64,000 nucleotides of DNA from the human T2T-CHM13v2.0 reference genome, Homo sapiens. Numbering within the stretch: position 1 is the first letter of the stretch; each line of letters begins with the position of its first letter. The notes below the pieces were generated by a model that saw only the letters and a list, made by a program, of their open reading frames with translations, was not told the origin of the DNA and did no database searches. Shown here one piece after another: positions 13,336 through 28,822 of the stretch. Both the position numbers and the translations under genes were made by a program. The stretch is taken from assembly GCA_009914755.4 (NCBI GenBank), contig CP068257.2:20320001-20384000 (forward strand), read 5' to 3'.

Positions 13336-16300
13336 TCATTAAGGAGTTTTTTTGTTTGTTTTTGTTTTTGTTTTTTAAATCAGGTTTGTGATCTGATCAA
13401 AATCCTATTGAAGACATCTTTGACTGCTGTGGGCATTAGGGAGTGGCAAGAGTGGAAGCAGATAGACTTGCACTACTGCATGGCCCCTTGTAGCAATCAG
13501 CCAGAAATCAGAAGCTCCTCTATGTGTTCATTCATGAAGGGCTTAAATGGAAAGAAGTACAGGTTTACACAATCATTGCTGGAACAAAGAGGAGCAAAGT
13601 CATCACTCATGTTTTCAGTCTGCAACAACAACATGGTTGCTCTCGTGGTTCTCAGAAATTATTGTAAACCTTAAATTTCAGAGCTCCCAAATATCTCAAT
13701 CTAGAGCATCAATATGAATGCTCTTGTCAAGTCTAATATGAAGTCATAGTGAACCCCACTTCTGCAACTGCTTCCAAATGATGATGACCTCTATTTCTCT
13801 TCTTACTTCTAAATCTTCTCTCTCTTCTGACTTCTAAATCTTTTGTGAATGCCTCCCATAAACTGACTTTATCTAGAACTACATAAGAAAGGACTCTGAG
13901 AAATGAAGTTTTCAGCTTTACCCATGAAAGTCAGACGATATCTCAGGGGAGAGGTAGAGGCAATGATGAACTGACAACAGACAATATAAGAAAACCCACC
14001 CATTTATCAGTTGAGGGTTCATACACATCCCTTTTGCCAATTTAAAATTCTCGAGTAACAGCAGTAATAAAATCATTCCTGTCTCTTTTACGGGATGTGA
14101 TCCCTTTTCTATAATAAAATTATGATCATTCTCTCCTTCCAAAAAGGAAATGTATTGCTCTGTATATCGTAATACACATCTTGGAGTGACATTCACTCCT
14201 TTTCTAGTGACGTCTCAAGGCTTTTTTGATACAATGTAACATAAATACTAAATTATGTGATATCTTATTTTGGATTCTCTCTAAAAGCAGAGGTTAAGAC
14301 AAAGATTTGACTGTAAGTAATTTGCTTGGGACATGCTCTAAGGAAATAAGATAAGGCTTCTAGGAAAATGAGACCGAGGAGAAGAAAAACAAAACGTGTG
14401 TCACTGAGCTAGAAGCTACTGTGGAAAATGGGAGTCACTCTCAATGGACACTCTCATTGCCAGTGTAGATTTCATTAAAGTCTTTCTGTCATGGATAAAA
14501 GAATAGCATATTTTCCCACTAACTCCTGTTCTCCAATTATTGAGAATAAATTTCCCTCTCTGAAAGGCAATAACTTCCTTGTATTTCCCAACAGTCCCGT
14601 TTGTGGGCCAGGTGACTTCAGGAAAAAAAAAGTCTTTAAACACAACAGTGAAGAGAATGGGCAGAAACTTGAGGTGAGGTGCTTTAGCCTGCACTGGAAC
14701 TCACTAACACAGCAGAGGGGATTAGAGACCTGGGCAGAGAGTATATTGTTAAGGCACTAAAGATTCTGCCATACACCACATGGACCACTCACAGCCATTC
14801 ATATCTCACACTACATCATTTCTATCACCAGCTTCCTCTTCCAGTCAAGATAGAGTAACAGAGACCATATTTCTGATTCTACTTGAAACGAACCAAGAAA
14901 AAAATGGACAGAATATGAAGCAACAGCAGGCAATGAAGGGCAGTGATCCATGGGAGTGAGATGAGGTGAGACCTATGATTGCTACAGTTTACTGGCTGCA
15001 GAAAATTTCCAGGATATGGGACAGGAAGGAGCAGAACCCAGGCACAATCCTGAACACTCTGTGAACTAAGTAGATCAAGCTGTGAACCTGGGTAAGTCAA
15101 GGCAGCTAACTAGCATTCACAAGGAGGGATACTAGAGAGGAGAGATTTCTACAGAAAACAGACTCCAGAGATCTGTTGAGTCTCACTCAATTATTCAGTT
15201 GAGGGCTTCTTAGCACATGTGTGTAGGGAAACTAGCTGAAATTAGGGAATTCGGTGTTGATATAATGGGGATAATCATCATAAGTCTTTAAGGGTATCAC
15301 TGATCTCTGAATTCTTCTATGGGTGCAGTAATGCTTCTGATTTACTCTTCCATCGGGAGAATGAAATGTCAGGCACTGCTTCACTTATCTCTTCTGGACA
15401 TAACTGTCACAAGTTAGGGTTCCTTGTGAGAGTTTAGCCAATTGCTAAGTAGACTGATACCAGTTACACATCTAAGAATAAGGTAAATAGCCAGAGGGTA
15501 GGACCACTGGCCCATTAAACCCATTGTGAGATATACTAGAACTAGGAATCTGTTTATCACCTGACCTCCTTAAATCCTAAATCAAACAGGTCGGGAGCAA
15601 GGAGTGGTATGATAACATTTTGGAGACCTTGGTATCTGTGTCCATACATCAAAAAAAGTAGGTATTATTCTTTTTCTAATGGACAGTAGTCAGGTAGACG
15701 TCAAGTCACAATTTTCTAGAACACATTAGAGGAATATTTATTGTACAAGAGTTTCTTGAAATAATAATCCTTTGCAAGTGATACATGGTAGGGATCATGA
15801 TTTTTCTATTGAAGCAGCAATAACAGATACTGAGTTTCTTTTGCTTGTGTAAGTTAAACAATAACGTGTCATATCAACATCTATCTTACCCCTCAGAGCA
15901 CTGTAGTGTATTAGTAATCACTACAGATCATTGTGGAGCATGGCACCTTGGTTGCTACCCCGGCATTGTTTCTCTTTGGAATATTACTCTAACTCTTCTC
16001 CGATAGGTAAGTGTAGACACGTGGTTTCTGCCATTGTGGAATCCTGTCATCCTCATTGAAATGTGGGACCAAGACCACAGCAAGTTTTTCTACAGTCACT
16101 ACTGACCATATGATGCCAATGCCCTCTCCACTGGTGCAATATTTATTGCTTTTGTGTAAGCATGTATTCTGGGCCATACTGAAGAACATTGTCAGATGAT
16201 GAGATTTTCAGTCTGTTATAAAAAATCTATTCTTTTAAGTTTTTTTCCTTAGTTTTCTTACCTTTCACCCAAACTCTGACAAGTCTGAAATTTCTATAAT

Positions 16301-17952
16301 TTCATTTACAAAAGGCCAATTTTGTCTCTAGGCATCATTTGACTGTCCTAAAGTATATTAGGATTAGTTCCAGGTGTCATTGTCTGATGTTAAAACTTGA
16401 CTTACAGGAAAGTGATCAAACATCCATAAACTCAATGTTATTCAGGCATATATTTCACCTCCTCCCGGTCCAACAATGTTAAGGTCAACCCTCAAAATCA
16501 TTTCTCTTGTTTCTGCTGGTACATAACTGTCAGATCCTGTAATATTTTCCTGTGAATAAGCTACTTAACCTCACAGCAGGGAACATATTTTTCTATTTGT
16601 GCTTGCTGAGATCTAAACCCAGCTATTTGTCAGAGGACAATGGTTAGTGCAGGTGTGAATACAGAACATGGTGAGTATACTTTGTATAAGATATGCATCA
16701 GGGAAGTGTGTCTAAGGCCCTCCAGGCAAGAGGAGGCTTCTGTCTTTCAGCAATGAGGTCTGTGTTGCTTGTACCAGCACTAAGAGTTTCAGGGAATCTG
16801 TGGATTCAAATGACTCACACGCAGTGATCCAAGTCTGTCCCCCATTCCCTACCAGGCCCTAGTTTCATTTTAGAAGATCTGTCAAATCTCTATTTTTTAA
16901 AAATTTATGATTCTTTATCATTGTGGTTAAATCTGCAGCCTGATTTGTAGTACTCTGCTCTATGGCTGCCAAAGTTGAATGTCTCATTAAACTCTGCCAC
17001 AGAGGCCTTCTGGCTTCCAAGACGTGTCTTGAGTTGCTATTTGGCCCACAGAAACCTTTTTATTTAAGGCTTCCAAGGTACACAGAAGCCAGTCAACCAC
17101 TAAATCTTCGTAATTACTATTGCCTGCATTCTGTTCAAGTGCTGAAAGTACAGCATAACACAATCATTGCTCTTCTACCTGTGCCTCATCCCAGTCCTTC
17201 AAAAATTATAGTATTGGGTTCATTATGCTATGGTAGGTCCTGGGTTAATACCACCCTACTTTCCCTCAGCAATAAGATTTGTTGCCAACTGACAGGTAAA
17301 TATCACATACTGCGGGTCTCTGGGGCCACTCTGCTATAATTGGCTTTGCTTAGTAACTTCTGGAAAACAAAATCTGTCAATTGCTTCTGTAGAATCTTTG
17401 TTCCAACAAGTGACTTCTTGAAATAGAAGTCTAAAGGTTAATTGGTGACAGAAGGGTGTGTGATAGCCTTAAGAGCTCAACATTTTGTTGTCTTTCAAAC
17501 ATATCTCTTTTCCTTTCCTCTTTCTCTCAACTGTTATCAACCTGTTTACCTTCCTTAATTGCATAATCATATAGTCATCTTATTTGCATTATTTTTCCTT
17601 TCACATATGTTTCATAGCTCATTTATACAAAGTGTATATGTTTTTTTCAGAATAAATGCCATATTCTGGAGAAGAAGGTTTATGAACTATTTTCTCACTA
17701 ATATATAGTAAAATTATAGATCATGATACATGTAACAAAGCACAATTACAATAAATAACAACTATGTACATATTTACTCTTTATCCATGAAATTCTTGAT
17801 TCAGACTCATCAGATTCATCATTGAATTGCATGTAAGATAAACATACTTTTATATACTTATATAGTACATGCTTATGTACTTATATTTCAGGTTGTAATG
17901 AATGAAAGTACATTTCTTTTTATATATTTGTATGTGGCTTACTTTTTAATAA

Positions 17953-18333
<381 letters not shown>

Positions 18334-21300
18334 TAAAGACATATTTCTATTTTTAAAAAGTCCACTTTTACTCTACAACAAGAAAGATGTACCATATCAA
18401 GAAATTTTCATTTATCAATAGCAAATACCGTGAATACTTATGAGAAACATTGAATGAGATGATATATAACCTGCTAAAATTCATCACTCACGTGCTTGTG
18501 AATATCACATAAATACGAATCTGTTAAGCTTACTAGTGTGTTGTATTCTACAACTGATAATCTATAAGAAAACAAATTTTTATGATTAAATACATGTATT
18601 ATGTTTTGATATATATTTATGGATATCTAAACTGAAAATAATGTGTAATAGCTTTTCCTAAAATTGTTCTGATATCTAATGCATCTAGATGCATACTGAA
18701 TTAAATTAACAAATAAATCTAACTTAAAGATGAGCTATTACATCAGTCTGTGAAAATCCAAGTCTTTTAAAAAGGAAATTAGACAGTGTCATAGAAACCT
18801 CTTTTCTCAGCTTTGTGTTTCCAGTACATGTTTAATTTAGCACATACTAATTAGACGTGAGATTATAGGTGTTCCATTCTCTTGGAATAACATCAGAGTC
18901 AATCCAGTCCCTAGGATCTGAGTCCTCACAAATACACTGTCTGCAGTCTCCCTTGATCAGAAGAGACCATTCAGCTTGCCCTTGTCTGATCTGGCATTTT
19001 TGTAGGGACACTTTCTCTCATAGACTCTGCTGTATTTGTTAGAAGCATAGTGAGGGAGTGTATGATGTCTCAAAAGTCATCAGATATCATTAGAGGTTCC
19101 AACAAGTTATAATTGACTTTGTGTTTAAAGAAGAGAACAACAGGGTCACCAATAACACATTCTGGGAAGGCAGCCAGGGCACTACCATGGGAGTCATGAT
19201 GCCTAAACGTAAATTGAGTAGGCTGGACTTGCAGTGTATACTGATCAGAAGTGACACAGTGATTAACGTGACAAGGGAGAAAGGAATTTCTAATAAGGTG
19301 AGCAGATGTCTTGGAAAGACCGGAACGTTAGCCTTCAGTTTAATGGTTACAGCATTTATGCTTTCAAATAGACAAGACCCTCTTCTAGAATCAGCCCCTA
19401 ATATATGCCAAGAGCTAGTTTAAGCCCGAGGGTCAATAAGGCGGCTGTGTTCCCTCTGGTCAGCATGAAATTGGGTGGATAGTGAGAGTTAAAGACCATT
19501 ACATATAAAAGTCTTATTGTTTAGTCTAATCTTTTTTAAGTTTTAGGGACTAAATCTTTAAACAGTCTCCCGCAAACAGAGGATGCTTTATTTCATTTAA
19601 ACCTTAAATAGATACAAATTATATTTTAAGAAGGGAATGACTTTTTTTTTGTTTTTTTTTTTTTGCAAAATTCTAACCAAACAGTTTGAGCTCCCTTTTC
19701 TCATTTTTTTTTCCACAGGACTACTCTGGGCAATAGTGCAACAAGTGTTATTTTCATCTTTTCCAAGCAGGCAGAATAGAGTCAGTTGTTGCTACTTGAA
19801 AAAAACAGACAAGTCAATGTTTATACAACCTTACGTTTTTTCCCTTATTTTTGTACTTTTTGAATAGTTGTTTTCCTTCTCTCTATTTCCCCAGTGCTTC
19901 TTTTATCGAATCTCTGTGCTTGGCTCTTTGGCTACTGTTCCACTCTCTCCTGGGCTCTCAGTGACTAAGCTGCTGTATTATTGTCATATAGGATAGGATA
20001 GGCTCTTTGTAATGCATACATTCCTTTTCTTCATTTTAACCAGATGACCACACTGGACAGCTATATTTAAAGCCAAAAAAACCCTCGATTTCAGAATAAT
20101 TGTCATGAATATTTTGCATTGTCATTGAAAAAGATGTATTTACTCAGAAGCTGGTGTCAGAAATTCAAGGAGAGTTTTGCACAGTTCTGCATTAGAGGAA
20201 AGACCTCTTCTTTAACCTGGAGTTACTAAGCTACCCCCAAATGGTAACAAACTCATCTGGAATATTCCTGCCTCAACTTTAAAACATTTTTTTAAATAGA
20301 AAGTCTCAAATATATGCAAAAGTAGAAAAAATTTCCATGAACCCCAGTGTACCTGCCATGCAAGCATCGCTAATCCTCAGGACAAGGTTAATCTTATTTC
20401 CTCTCTGCCACCATCCCCTCCTCCTCCATGGTACTATTTTGAAATTCCTGATATTAAATCAGACTTTCCATAAACATTTTGACAGAATATCTTCTTTCAA
20501 TATCAAGACAACAAATGCTATTTAACCACAGATTACCATCACACTTCCTACTATTTTATGAAATAATTAATTTCAGTTACCTAAAAATACAAAAGAAAGA
20601 CCTCCTCCTAAATTAATAACATGCATGTCATATAAAATAGCCATATTATGCACTTGTTAAATGACTGACTTGTCCATAAAAGGCAGTCACTATCATTTAA
20701 TGCTCAGTTCCTTCCCTGCCTGAACTTTTACATACCTTCTGATGCTCACAGCAGGACACACTATGTAATTCATATCAACATTTGGGGCATCATTCAACGA
20801 AGACAGGAATTTTAACATTATACAGCAAACTATCTCCTATTTTGACTGAACACAGAATCTGTAATTCAAATGACAGGAAAATAAACAGAGTTTACAGCCA
20901 AGTTTACATAAAGTAATTGTAGAAAACTCAAACACACCCTATCAAAAAGTGAAGTCAATGTTACTGTGAATTTTCCCCCCTCTGGAAAACTATAATACCA
21001 TTGTGTTTATTCTACTTATGACAAATTGCTCACATGAATTTTCATTAGAGGGTTCAAATTTGTTTTACTCTCTGGAACATTAGCTTGAAATCAGAATTAA
21101 AAATATACAAAGATTCTTATATGCAAATATAACACTATTATGAAGAAACAAAATAAATGATGTCTTAAAAAATGCTAATAAAACATAATGAAGAAAAAGC
21201 CTATCATAGATACAGTAATGTGACTGAGACATGCCCTGCATTCTCTTGTTTTCTCATATAAAAATCAGAGATTATCAGAAAATGAAAAAGATCCCATTTT

Positions 21301-22916
21301 CTTTGTGAAGGAGTAGAGTCAGTTCTTTCTGGAACAGTATATAATACGACACAAACGCAAACATAATTACAAGATTACATTTTACATTGATTGTTTTAAT
21401 ATTGATCATGTTGAATATATAGTTTCTAGATTATTTTTTAAATATATTAAAATCCTTAAAGGAAAAAAAACTCATAGAATTTCTGCTCATTCAGTTTCTG
21501 ACTACTTATACTGCGGTTTCTGGGGTTTCTAACATTCCCTGAAGGTACTGCATCTGAAGAGTTCACAGGATGCAGAAAAAGCATGAACCATGGCAGAGGA
21601 CCCTGGCGTGAGGAATGCAAAGCACACTCAGGGGGTTAACTCAGCAGCTCTCACAATGGCGGAAGAAGTCGATTAGCAACAAATTCCATGTGTTTTTCCT
21701 CATGTACTCTTAGTGAGGTTAAAGACTCCTTTTTAGTAGTGACATTCTCTATTAAGGAGTGACGAATTGTGTGGGTTTTCATACAAGTCTTTCTTAAACA
21801 AAATAACTTAGCTTTCAGAGAGCACTGTAATTTTCCTTTTGCTTTGTCTCGTTTTGTTTTATTTTCATTAAATGTGTTGGAGCACAAAATGCAGAAGGCT
21901 AATAATAAAAGAAATCTGAGATAAAGGTTCTATATGACAGAGATGTGTAATTTTGAGATTTAATTACAATGTAGTATAAATTGGATCTATCTGCTATAAA
22001 AAAAGGACAGAAAAGAAAACAATAACAACGACAAAGCTATAAAAGAAAGATGATAATACTGAATAATTGAAGAAATTTGGACATAGGCTTTAAATTAGGT
22101 AAGAGTTCTGAAACAGCTTTAACTTTATATGATGATTTTGTTGTGGTTATATAGGATAATTTATTTTCTTCCTTATGGGAACACTCTAAAGACTTTAGGG
22201 TTAAAGTGTAACAATATCCACAACTTACACTGATATGGTAAGTCATAAAATAAAGTACGTATATGCAAAAGAGAGACATATATGTAGCAGACTGATGCAA
22301 ATATTCTTGCAAATTTTCTATAAGTTTGTAGTTCTTAAAATATAGAAAAAATTAAAACTGGCAATAAAAAATTAGTGAATATTAATTAAGATAAATAAAA
22401 TTATTTAATGCCATAAATTCATTCCATTTAATAATACACATGAAAAAGAATGAGGAACATATTACAGTATAAAAAGACACACACATACATACATGCACAT
22501 AAAGGGATAAACCTCACAAAAAATAAAATTGATCAAGAAAAGCTATGCACTAAATAGCACTGACTATATGATTTCAATTGCATACATTTCTAAAATATAC
22601 ACAACTGTTGTGTTAGGACATGTCAATGTACTGGTAACTTTAAGATACAAAAATGTAGAAGTAGACAAACTACCCATCTGTTTATGAAAATTGAAGAATA
22701 TTACTTTAGCATTGAAACTAATTATGTTGTGTGTAAAAGCAAATAATAGAGACTTTAATTAAGAAAAACATCAGGGACTTTGCAGAATGAATAAAATAAG
22801 GAATATATAAAATGATCTTATACAGCGAACTTAGTATTTGTGAGCATATGAGTGAAATATTAGATAATTCTCAAATGAATTGTGGGAAGGCAGGTGCTTA
22901 AATTTGGAGAAGATGC

Positions 22917-23301
22917 TGTATTAGTCCATTCTTACATTGCTGCAAAGAACTACCTGAGACTGGGTAATTTATAAAGAAAAAGGGTTTAATTGATTCACTG
23001 TTCCTCAGGCTGTACAGGTGGCATGGCTGGGGACACCTCAGGAAACTTAACAATCATGATGGGAGATGAAGGGTATCCAAGCAAGCCTTCACATGGTGGC
23101 AGGAGAGAGAGAGCATTGGGGGAAGTGCTACAAACTTTTAAACAAAAACAACCAGATCTAGTGAGAACTCACTATCATGAGGGCAGCAAGGGGAAAATCT
23201 GCCCCCGTGATCCAATAGCTTCCCAACAGGCTCTTTCTCCAACACTGAAGATCATAAGACAACGGGAGACTTGGGTAGGGACACAGAGCCAAATCATATC
23301 A
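22917..23301 (-). mobile_element. ERVL-MaLR solo LTR (MST/THE1-type), reverse orientation, perfect 5-bp TSD
   Basis: tgtattagtccattcttacattgctgcaaagaactacctgagactgggtaatttataaag...gacttgggtagggacacagagccaaatcatatca is the reverse complement of THE1/MST termini. It is flanked by GATGC on both sides (22912-22916 and 23302-23306). ORF 22990..23310 is an artefact. Confidence 0.85.
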
Positions 23302-23470
23302 GATGCCTAGAAGAATAAAGAGAAGAAATATAATCCATAGAGCTACACCACTAACATTTGTATCATACTTACACATCTTCTCCCCAGTATTGTTTTCCAA
23401 TATGCTTCAGCCTTCAACTCTTTAAATGTCATAAAATGTTTGCTAGGGAGCCTCTGTTGTCCAACACATG

Positions 23471-23818
23471 CGTATTAGTTCATTTTCACACTGCTGATAA
23501 AGACATACCCAAGACTGGGAGAAAAAGAGGTTCAATTGGACTTAAAGTTCCACTTGGCTGGAGAGGCCTCAGAATCATGGTGGGAGGCAAAAGGTACTTC
23601 TGATATGGTGGCGGCAAGAGAATATGAGGAAGAAGCAAAAGTGGAAACCCCTGATAAACCCATCAGATCTCATGAGACTTACTCACTATCAGGAGAATAG
23701 CACGGGAAAGCCCTTGTGATTCAATTACCTCCCACTGGGTCCCTCTCACAATGCACGGGAATTCTGGGAGATATAACTCAAGTTGAGATTTGGGTGAGGA
23801 CACAGCCAAACCATATCA
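23471..23818 (-). mobile_element. ERVL-MaLR solo LTR (THE1-type), reverse orientation, perfect 5-bp TSD
   Basis: cgtattagttcattttcacactgctgataaagacatacccaagactggg...gagatttgggtgaggacacagccaaaccatatca, flanked by ACATG on both sides (23466-23470 and 23819-23823). Confidence 0.85.
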
Positions 23819-25329
23819 ACATGGTAATTACTTCTTTGTTCTTTAAATGTCTGTCAATGCTCTTTTAAGGAGTAGTTAAAGGGATTAGGTGGGGGAAGAG
23901 AAAAGAATGTTTATGAATGCTTTAACATGATTTATCAATATGAAATGGTAACAAACCGTGCAATTCTGCTAGGCTATTATGACATTTTATTTCAATTTCA
24001 TGCAAGTTAGAAAAAAGTTATATTACCATTATAAAAATGGTGACCACTCATATTCTGAGAAAATTAATTAACTAAACATTAATGCCAAGTTTAAATTGCA
24101 ATGTCTAACTTCTCTATATACATACTTCCATGAGAAGTAGGAGTTTGCAACATTATCAGTACATAAAAGAGTGCTTGTGTTTAATATTACTTGGGACTTC
24201 TCATTGATTAAACACTTCCCTACACACTTGATGAAGAACATAGGGAATCTCTATTACTTAGGTGTCTTTCATTTGTCCTGTTCTAGAAGCTTATTCCTAC
24301 TAGGGAGATTAGCTTTGCATGGTTGGGTTCACTTTCATAGTGGGAACCATAAATCCATCAAAACATATAAAAGAGACTGATGGCCTCCTAATTAAAGCAT
24401 GAATTTATGATAGAGAGACTCTTCTCAGGGCAATTCTTTATGGAGCAACAGAGTAAGCAATGCTTATATGTTAAAATCTATGAAGAGGTTGCAACATTTA
24501 TTTTAAAGGCATAAAATGAAGATATAAGGAACACATATGTAGTTACTATATTAACTCTATAGCAAACTGGTAGTAAGACATGAAATTTAGCACAAAAAGT
24601 GGGCCATTTAAACAACTACTCAGAATGGCTTTGTATTAAAAAGTTGGTGCAAAAGTGATCCAAAATGATAAATGGAGGAGTGTTCTTAGTGATAGAACAC
24701 AGATGTTGACTTAGAGGTGAAGTGTCTTGATCAAAGAAGCTCTATTTTGAATAACAAAATACTTATTTGTTTTAAACAGAGATGAGTTAGGGAATCCATG
24801 GCAATATTTTAACTTCTTGCTTTACCATTAATTTCATCGTATATATTCTCAAAAAGACTCTTTCCTGAAATATAATATAATAATCAACAAAATAATAATA
24901 ATAAATGGAAAGTAAGAAAACTAAGTCTTGTGAAATTATAAGTTAATTGTAACATAATTTAACCAAGATTAAGTACCATGTCATAGATGTGGGGTTAACT
25001 GAAACTGCAGTGTGTGATGTGTTAATACAGCTCTAGAAAAAAAGGGAAAAAATCCACAGATACAGGTTTCTTTAAAAAATTTGATTTATACTCCTTCAAT
25101 TTATTGATAATGCCTATAATCAAACCTCTCTATAGCCCCCTGCCAAAAATAAAAATTTTAAAAAAGAGGAAAAAAGTATAGTTAAAATCAGCATCAAAGA
25201 AAATTATTCAACTTACCATTATTAAATATTTAGAAAAGAATATTCTAGAACCCTAACCATTTCCCAGTTCCAAAGCCACTTTCACATTTTTTTGGCATTT
25301 GTTACTTCAGCAAGCCTACTTCTGAGTAC

Positions 25330-25770
25330 CAATTTTTGTCTTAGTCCACTCAGCTTGCTAAAGCAAAATACCATAGACTAGTTGGCTTATAAATAAAAGA
25401 AATTTATTTTTCTCAGTTCTAGAGCCTGGAAAGTCCAAAATTATGGTCTGGCAAATTTTATATCTGATGAGGCCTGTTTCCCAGCTCAAAAAGAACCATC
25501 TTTTACTCAGAAGGTACAAAGGATACAAAGGACACAAGGCTCCCAAAGGAGCTTCCTGGGGCCTCTTATATAAGGGCACTAATCTCATTCACGAGAGCCC
25601 TGCCATCATGACCTAATCAACTCCAGAAGTCACCGCTTCCAAATACCATCACCTCGGGGATCAGATTTCAACATATGAATTTTGGGAGGGGGACATAAAC
25701 ATTCATACTATAGGAAGCATTGAAATGCAATTTCCCTAAAATATGGATTTCCTGAAATTATTAGAATGCA
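25330..25770 (-). mobile_element. ERVL-MaLR LTR of MLT1/MST type, reverse orientation (approximate limits)
   Basis: gtcttagtccactcagcttgctaaagcaaaataccatagactagttggcttataaataaaagaaatttatttttctcagttctagagcctggaaagtcc...gggcactaatctcattcacgagagccctgccatcatgacctaatcaactccagaagtcaccgcttccaaataccatcacctcggggatcagatttcaacatatgaattttgggagggggacataaacattc matches the characteristic MLT1/MST body and 3' end. Confidence 0.7.
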
Positions 25771-25984
25771 CAAGAATGTGTACAACTGAAATCATTGTAA
25801 GGGAATTTTTCAGCCTATTTTCAGATATTCTGGTATGTTATTCTTTTATTTACAATGTTCTTTCTATTATACAATATTCCTATTTGTTACTAAAGTACTA
25901 TATAATTTGAAAAAAGTATTCAAACATGCATGCACATTTTAGTGTTCTCTATTTGTAATGTTCTCTATTATTTTTTACTTATTT

Positions 25985-26265
25985 ATTTATTTATCTATTG
26001 ACACAGGGTCTCACTCTGTCACACAGGCTGGAAGTGCAGTGGTGCGATCTCAGCCCACCGCAACCTCTGCCTCCCGGTCTCAAGCGACCCTCCCATCTCA
26101 GCCTCCTGAGTAGTGGGATCATAGGTACACACCACCGTGCTTTGCTATATTTTGTAGAGATGAGGTTTCACCATGTTGCCCAGGCTGGTCTTGAACTCCT
26201 GGACTCAAGCAATCTGGTGCCTTGCCTCCCAAAGTACTGGGATTACAAGTGTGAGCCACCAAATC
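25985..26265 (-). mobile_element. Alu SINE, older subfamily (AluJ/S-like), reverse orientation
   Basis: ttatttatttatctattgacacagggtctcactctgtcacacaggctggaagtgcagtggtgcgatctcagcc...gcctcccaaagtactgggattacaagtgtgagccacc. It is diverged and most of its CpGs have decayed. ORF 25998..26330 is an artefact. Confidence 0.9.
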
Positions 26266-28065
26266 TAGACTGTTTTCTGTTTATTTTGAAGAAATCTGCA
26301 TTGACTGCCTTTTTAAATGATACATTTTGAATGTTATTGACTAACTCTATAGAAGTTGCTCATATAGTAAGGACTTTAAAGTAAGTATCAAATTATTTGG
26401 CAAAAGAATATAGTAGCATGATTAAAGTGGAAAACAATGTGGTCCCATATAAATTCAAAAAAATAGTAAAAAAGTGAATTTATACAGGAACATAAAACAT
26501 ATTTTCTTATTTTCTGTTTTTCATTATTTTTTGCTATCAGGTAAAAATAAACCAGGTTGCTTATTTTCATTTTTCATTAAGTAAAACATAAGTTAATTAA
26601 CGAATCGCAAAAAACTCAATCAGTGTCAGTGTTGAATAAATATAAGTAACGTGAAATTCAATTGAAAGTAGCCTGATTTCCAGATACCAATTTAAGTTAG
26701 TTATCTATTTATTTATTTTTCTGATGTGTGATAATTTATAGAGTCTTCTGTTAATTAAAGAGCGTAATACCACATATGAAAATTTTTTGTACACTTTATT
26801 GTGCTCTAACCTATAACGACATATTTTTGAAGCTAGTTGCATATTGCATGTCTAAGAAAGGCCATGTAAAGTCCAATGAGAGAGTACTAATTATTTGAGA
26901 GAGATGCATATATTCAAAATGCCTTAAAAATGAAGGTGCATTTGTTAAGTTCAATTCATATTTTTTTAAAGACTCGAAATTGTGTGTATATTAAAGCAGG
27001 CCAATTAAATCCATTAGTGACAAAATCACTGATTACTGTTAGGTCAGAAAAGTAGAGCTTGTTGCAACGTGAAATATTACAGTTATGTTATAGAGCTAGA
27101 TAAGTGAATCCTTAGTATATCTTTTTATTTCTAAAATTGAACTCTTAAATATTCTGTGCTTAATCATACTAACAGTTCTTGTAATAAATCACATTTAGTG
27201 CAATTGGTTCACGTTTGTTTTGAATGTGTTGTTAGTATTACCTAGCATTGAGTGTGTTTGCGTGTCTGTGGTCTGTACGTGTATGTATGTTGGGGAGGAT
27301 TGGACCCCTCTCCAGAGAAGAAAATTATCATAATTCTTGATTGAAAATACATTCTCCTCAGTCTATGCATAATCTGCTTTTTTGTTAGTCATTTTAGTAA
27401 CATAATAAGAACCTATAGAATCACCACCTGCTCCCCCACCCGCCATCACACATAGACAGACACACACAAGCTAAGGCATTGGGGCCTTGGGAATGGAGTG
27501 GAAAGGATGGATATTCCCATTCCGTCCATTTCATTCCTTGCTTCCTCACTTTACTCCATCTTTCATAAAACTATTATCTAAAAGGCAACGCTAATAATTA
27601 TCTTTACTTTGTTTTTTTGAAAATATAATTTATAGCATTAACATATATAGTTAAGTACATTTTTCTTATTGAAATTATTTTAGCTTTCTAAACAATAGAT
27701 GATTTTATACACACGTTATGATGAAATTTAAACATTATTTTGCTATAATTTATTTATCTTAAGTAACATATAATGTAGTATGGCAGGAATATAACACACT
27801 TTAAACATACTACAGTTTAAACATCTACAGTCCTCTTATGAGTATCTGTGTTTTTTTCACTGTTTAGCAATTCTGAACATTTCTCTCTTAAGCGTTCTTA
27901 TAACTGTTTCTTATGAATGAGAACCAATTTCCTTTGGAGATATATTTAAGATTTCTTTAGAGACATGCTGAATCTCTTGTTTTATGTGAATTTCCTATTT
28001 TATAAGTTAGTGCCAATTTGTTTCTATAATCAATGTGTAAAATAGGTGGATACATGATAGAAAGA

Positions 28066-28138
28066 TAGATTAGATATAGATAGATAGATAATAGAGAGAC
28101 AGAGAGATAGACAGATAGATGATAGATAGATAAAATAG
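28066..28138. repeat. (GATA)n-type tetranucleotide microsatellite, imperfect
   Basis: gatagaaagatagattagatatagatagatagataatagagagacagagagatagacagatagatgatagatagataaaatag. Confidence 0.9.
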
Positions 28139-28515
28139 AGTGACCATATCATTTATTGCCTAAACTGATATAGTTTTGTGAGTGAAAAGGGCTCTGTTAT
28201 TAAATGTTTTAGCAAAACAACTACAAACTTGAAATTTTCTAAAATCGAACAAAGTAACAACAATCAAAAAACCCACAACAAAACAAACAAACAACAAAAC
28301 TGGGTCTGTGGCTAAGTTGATTTTGGAATTGCCTTTACCACATTTAGTTAATGCACTTGAATATAAACTTTCATAGTATGTAAATGTTTTCTAAATTGGA
28401 GAATGACGATAATTCAAATTTCATTGGAGGAAATTGAGATTAAATTATATAAAAGAACACTAAATCATTTATTCATTTATTCATTCAATATCATTTGATA
28501 GAAATTAAGCACTAG

Positions 28516-28822
<307 letters not shown>

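Noticed and set aside
16962-17339. 125-aa ORF MAAKVECLIKLCH…
   Set aside because: It has no recognisable domain, no splice-site support, low complexity and a neighbourhood without CpG enrichment. It is most likely chance.
28066-28138. Regularly spaced GATA repeats considered as a possible CRISPR-like array
   Set aside because: The unit is 4 bp with no unique spacers. It is a eukaryotic tetranucleotide microsatellite. Nothing in the window has the repeat-spacer architecture.
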